Source: Spirochaetia bacterium
Lineage (GTDB): Bacteria > Spirochaetota > Spirochaetia > SZUA-6 > Bin103
Length of the DNA: 64,000 nucleotides
Assembly: GCA_965208575.1 (NCBI GenBank)
Contig: CBDBOV010000006.1
Location: forward strand, 1,536,001 to 1,600,000
Reading direction: 5' to 3'
Position numbers and translations under genes: made by a program. Under the pieces are notes generated by a model. It was not told the DNA's origin. It saw nothing but the letters and a program-made list of their open reading frames with translations, and made no database searches. Shown here one piece after another: positions 61,217-64,000 of the stretch (within the stretch, counting starts at the first letter, position 1; every line of letters starts with the position of its first letter).

Positions 61217-61306
61217 CTACAAACCGATCTTGTCGGCCACTTCGCGCATCGCCAGAATGACGAAACGGTCAGTCGGTAACAGGTCGTCCAGCGGGGTGGC
61301 GAGGAG
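61217..61306 (-). repeat. Displaced, diverged copy of the 3' end of the HD-domain gene
   Basis: Reads '[21 protein letters not shown]' versus '[21 protein letters not shown]' (offset 95 bp). Confidence 0.88.
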
Positions 61307-61311
61307 GCGGA

Positions 61312-61869
61312 CTAGAGACCGATGTCGTCGGCCACTTCGCGCATCGCCAGAATGACCGTACGGATCAGGTCGTTCAGGTCCGTATCGAGCATTCCGGCGC
61401 CGCGTTCGATCACCTCGCGGTCCACGCCGGCGGCGAAGTTGGCGTTCTTCCACTTCTTCCTGACCGACTTCACCTCCAGGTCGCGCACGCTGCGCGATGG
61501 GCGCACCAGGGCGCAGGCGGTCACGAAACCGGTCAGCTCGTCGATCGCGTACAGGGTCTTTTCCAGGTCGGAGAGCGGCTCGACGTCGGTGCAGATCTGC
61601 CAGCCGTGCGAAATCACCGCGCGCACGTATTCGTCCGGCCAGCCGGCGGCGCGCAGGATCTGCTCGGTCTTGCTGCAGTGCTGCTCGGGGAACTTCTCCC
61701 AGTCGAGGTCGTGCACCAGCCCGATCACCTCCCACGGCTCGGGCTCCTCGCCGCGTTCGCGGGCCACGTAGCCCATGGTGGCGGCCACGGCGCGGCAGTG
61801 GTTGCGCAGCGCCGGGTTCTCAATGTATTGCTCCAGGAGCCGTTCGGCGTCGGTTCGGGTCGGTACCAT
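61312..61869 (-). CDS. HD-domain (HDIG-type) hydrolase
   Basis: 'LRNHCRAV', 'GLVHDLDWE', '[15 protein letters not shown]', 'FAAGVDRE'. Confidence 0.88.
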   Translation of the reverse strand: MVPTRTDAERLLEQYIENPALRNHCRAVAATMGYVARERGEEPEPWEVIGLVHDLDWEKFPEQHCSKTEQILRAAGWPDEYVRAVISHGWQICTDVEPLSDLEKTLYAIDELTGFVTACALVRPSRSVRDLEVKSVRKKWKNANFAAGVDREVIERGAGMLDTDLNDLIRTVILAMREVADDIGL

Positions 61870-62013
61870 GGCACCGATTGTACGTGCCGGGCGCGCACAA
61901 TGCACCCCGGCGGGGCCCGGCGGGCGCCCCGGAACGGCACGGCGGTGACGGCAGTCACGGCAGTGGCCGCGGATGACTTCGAGAGGGACGCGGCGGTATG
62001 TTTCGCTGACTTC

Positions 62014-63549
62014 ATGGCCAATCTCCTCAGTTCCTACCTGGCGGCGACTCCGCCCGAGCACGTGACGGCGCCGATGGCCGCCTACGTTGCCGCCCTCGAC
62101 CAGATGTACGACGGGTCCCCGGACGTCGCCGCCGCGGTGGTGCGCGAACTCGCCGACCAGCGCGCTCACCTGAAGCTGATCGCCAGCGAGAACTACGCTT
62201 CGCTCGCGGTGCAGGCCGCCATGGGCAACCTGCTCACCGACAAGTACGCCGAGGGCGTGCCCGGGCACCGCTTCTACGCCGGCTGCGCCAACGTCGACGA
62301 GGTGGAGCAGCGCGCGGCGCATCTGGCGTGCGAGCTGTTCGGCGCCGAGCACGCCTACGTGCAGCCGCACAGCGGCGCCGACGCCAACCTGGTGGCGTAC
62401 TGGGCCATTCTGGCCACGCGCGTGGAGCAGCCCCGGCTGGCCGACCTGCGGGCGAAGTCCGCGCTGGCGCTGAGCGAGACCGACTGGCAGCGGCTGCGCG
62501 CGGAGCTGGGCAATCAGCGCCTGCTGGGCATGGACCTGGGCGCCGGCGGCCACCTGACCCACGGCTACCGGCTGAACGCGTCCGGGCGCATGTTCGAGTG
62601 CCACTCGTACGGCGTGGACCCGGACAGCGGATTGCTGGACTACGACGCGCTGGAGCGCCAGGCGTGCGAGGTGCGCCCGCTGATCCTGCTGGCCGGTTAC
62701 AGCTCCTACCCGCGTGCCCTGGACTTCCGCCGCCTGCGCGCCATCGCCGACGCCGCGGAGGCGGTGCTGATGGTGGACATGGCCCACTTCGCCGGGCTGG
62801 TGGCCGGCGGCGCGCTTGCCGGTGACCATGATCCGGTGCCGTTCGCCGACGTGGTGACCTCCACCACCCACAAGACCCTGCGCGGCGCCCGCGGCGGCCT
62901 GGTGCTGTGCCGCGGCGAGTTCGCCGAGGCGGTGGACCGCGGCTGTCCGCTGGTGCTCGGCGGGCCGCTGCCGCAGATGCTGGCCGCCAAGGCGGTGGCG
63001 TTCGCCGAGGCGAACCGCCCCGAGTTCGCAAGCTACGCCCGGCAGGTGGTGGCCAACGCCAAGGCGCTGGCGGACGGGTTGCTGGCACGCGGGCTGGCGC
63101 TGGTGACCGGCGGCACCGACAACCACCTGCTGGTGCTGGACGTGGCGCAGTGCGGGGTGACCGGCAGGCAGGCGGAATCGGCGCTGCGCGACGCCGCCGT
63201 CATGGCCAACCGCAACGCCATCCCCGGCGACCGCAACGGGCCGTGGTATACCTCCGGGCTGCGCCTGGGCACCCCGGCACTGACCACGCTCGGCATGCGC
63301 GAGGAGCAGATGGAGCAGGTGGCGGCGCAGATCGCGCGCGTGCTCGATGCCGTGCAGCCGGCGCCGGTCACGCGCGGCAAGCTCGCCGGCACTCCGAGCC
63401 GCAGCCGCTACCGCCTGCCCGCCGAGGTAGCCGGCGGGGTGCGCGCCGACGTGGCCCGCCTGCTGGCCGGCTATCCCGCCTATCCGGGCCTCGACCTGGA
63501 CGTGCTGCAGACCCTGCTGGCCGACGCCGACGGCAGGTGCTCAGGTTAG
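62014..63549 (+). CDS. glyA: Serine hydroxymethyltransferase
   Basis: 'LIASENY', 'DKYAEG', 'GGHLTHG', PLP motif 'TTHKTLRG', 'TSGLRLGT'. Confidence 0.96.
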   Translation: MANLLSSYLAATPPEHVTAPMAAYVAALDQMYDGSPDVAAAVVRELADQRAHLKLIASENYASLAVQAAMGNLLTDKYAEGVPGHRFYAGCANVDEVEQRAAHLACELFGAEHAYVQPHSGADANLVAYWAILATRVEQPRLADLRAKSALALSETDWQRLRAELGNQRLLGMDLGAGGHLTHGYRLNASGRMFECHSYGVDPDSGLLDYDALERQACEVRPLILLAGYSSYPRALDFRRLRAIADAAEAVLMVDMAHFAGLVAGGALAGDHDPVPFADVVTSTTHKTLRGARGGLVLCRGEFAEAVDRGCPLVLGGPLPQMLAAKAVAFAEANRPEFASYARQVVANAKALADGLLARGLALVTGGTDNHLLVLDVAQCGVTGRQAESALRDAAVMANRNAIPGDRNGPWYTSGLRLGTPALTTLGMREEQMEQVAAQIARVLDAVQPAPVTRGKLAGTPSRSRYRLPAEVAGGVRADVARLLAGYPAYPGLDLDVLQTLLADADGRCSG

Positions 63550-63978
63550 GGTAGCTATACTCGCCCTCAATTCGGCTAGTTCGGCAACGATATCGGGTCG
63601 TCTCCGGACCTCTCGTTCCACCTCCTGCCATTGCTCGAATTGCGTGATGAGGGTACCGAGATGGCCGGAGTTACGCTTCAGTACATCGTTCACTACGGCC
63701 GGCGTGGCACCGTTCCGGGAAGCGTTGAGGATACAGATCGCAACCATGCGGTGATCTCCTCCCAGGAAATCCAGATCCTGAGACAGGACTTGCGCGTACT
63801 CTTCAGAGCATCGTGTGGATGTTTCGGAAGCGTCTGGCGCTACGTCCAGCTCGCAATAAACCATCGGGTGCCAGCAGAACAACCGCTGGAGGTGGATCTC
63901 GATAGATTCCGACAAATGACTCAGTGTCATCGTGAGCCAACATTCTCTCGTGCAGTCGAACAATGAGCGCCACAACAC
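63541..63978 (-). CDS. Hypothetical protein in lower-GC DNA, start uncertain
   Basis: Open frame convergent with glyA, coiled-coil-like end, composition shift after 63550. Confidence 0.35.
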   Translation of the reverse strand: MLWRSLFDCTRECWLTMTLSHLSESIEIHLQRLFCWHPMVYCELDVAPDASETSTRCSEEYAQVLSQDLDFLGGDHRMVAICILNASRNGATPAVVNDVLKRNSGHLGTLITQFEQWQEVEREVRRRPDIVAELAELRASIATLT

Positions 63979-64000
63979 CCGCGCCTCATCGGAACGAGAG

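Overview
GC-rich bacterial chromosome segment. The form of glyA, the HD-domain protein and an 'ASGGAE' leader hint at Spirochaetota, but that is inference only. The housekeeping backbone holds ABC exporters, an Rrf2-regulated sufBCDSU-nfu operon, a GntR/YtrA ABC operon, rlmE-aspartate kinase-thrB-thrC, polyprenyl synthase, desaturase, rhomboid-oppA, carD, nth, MFS, tig-clpP-clpX, five tRNAs, msrB and glyA. Three visibly less GC-rich accessory blocks interrupt it. (1) A ~17.6 kb putative defence island (~15.0-32.65 kb): AbrB-PIN toxin-antitoxin pair, Fic, a 1736-aa STAND/Avs-like NTPase, a translationally coupled Mod / ABC-ATPase-TOPRIM (OLD-like) / Res / NERD-like operon, and decayed genes. 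(2) A chimeric IS region followed by a ParA-partner pair (39.0-44.3 kb). (3) A compact lodA/lodB-type quinoprotein oxidase cassette (45.4-48.1 kb). The most unusual signals are the OLD-like nuclease embedded in a type III-like RM operon and a recurring scar of duplicated, displaced gene ends (thrC 3', HD gene 3', clpX 5', ATPase 5'). In one scar ThrC is fused in frame to the tail of a deleted toxin. All family assignments come from motifs recognised by eye; no searches were run.
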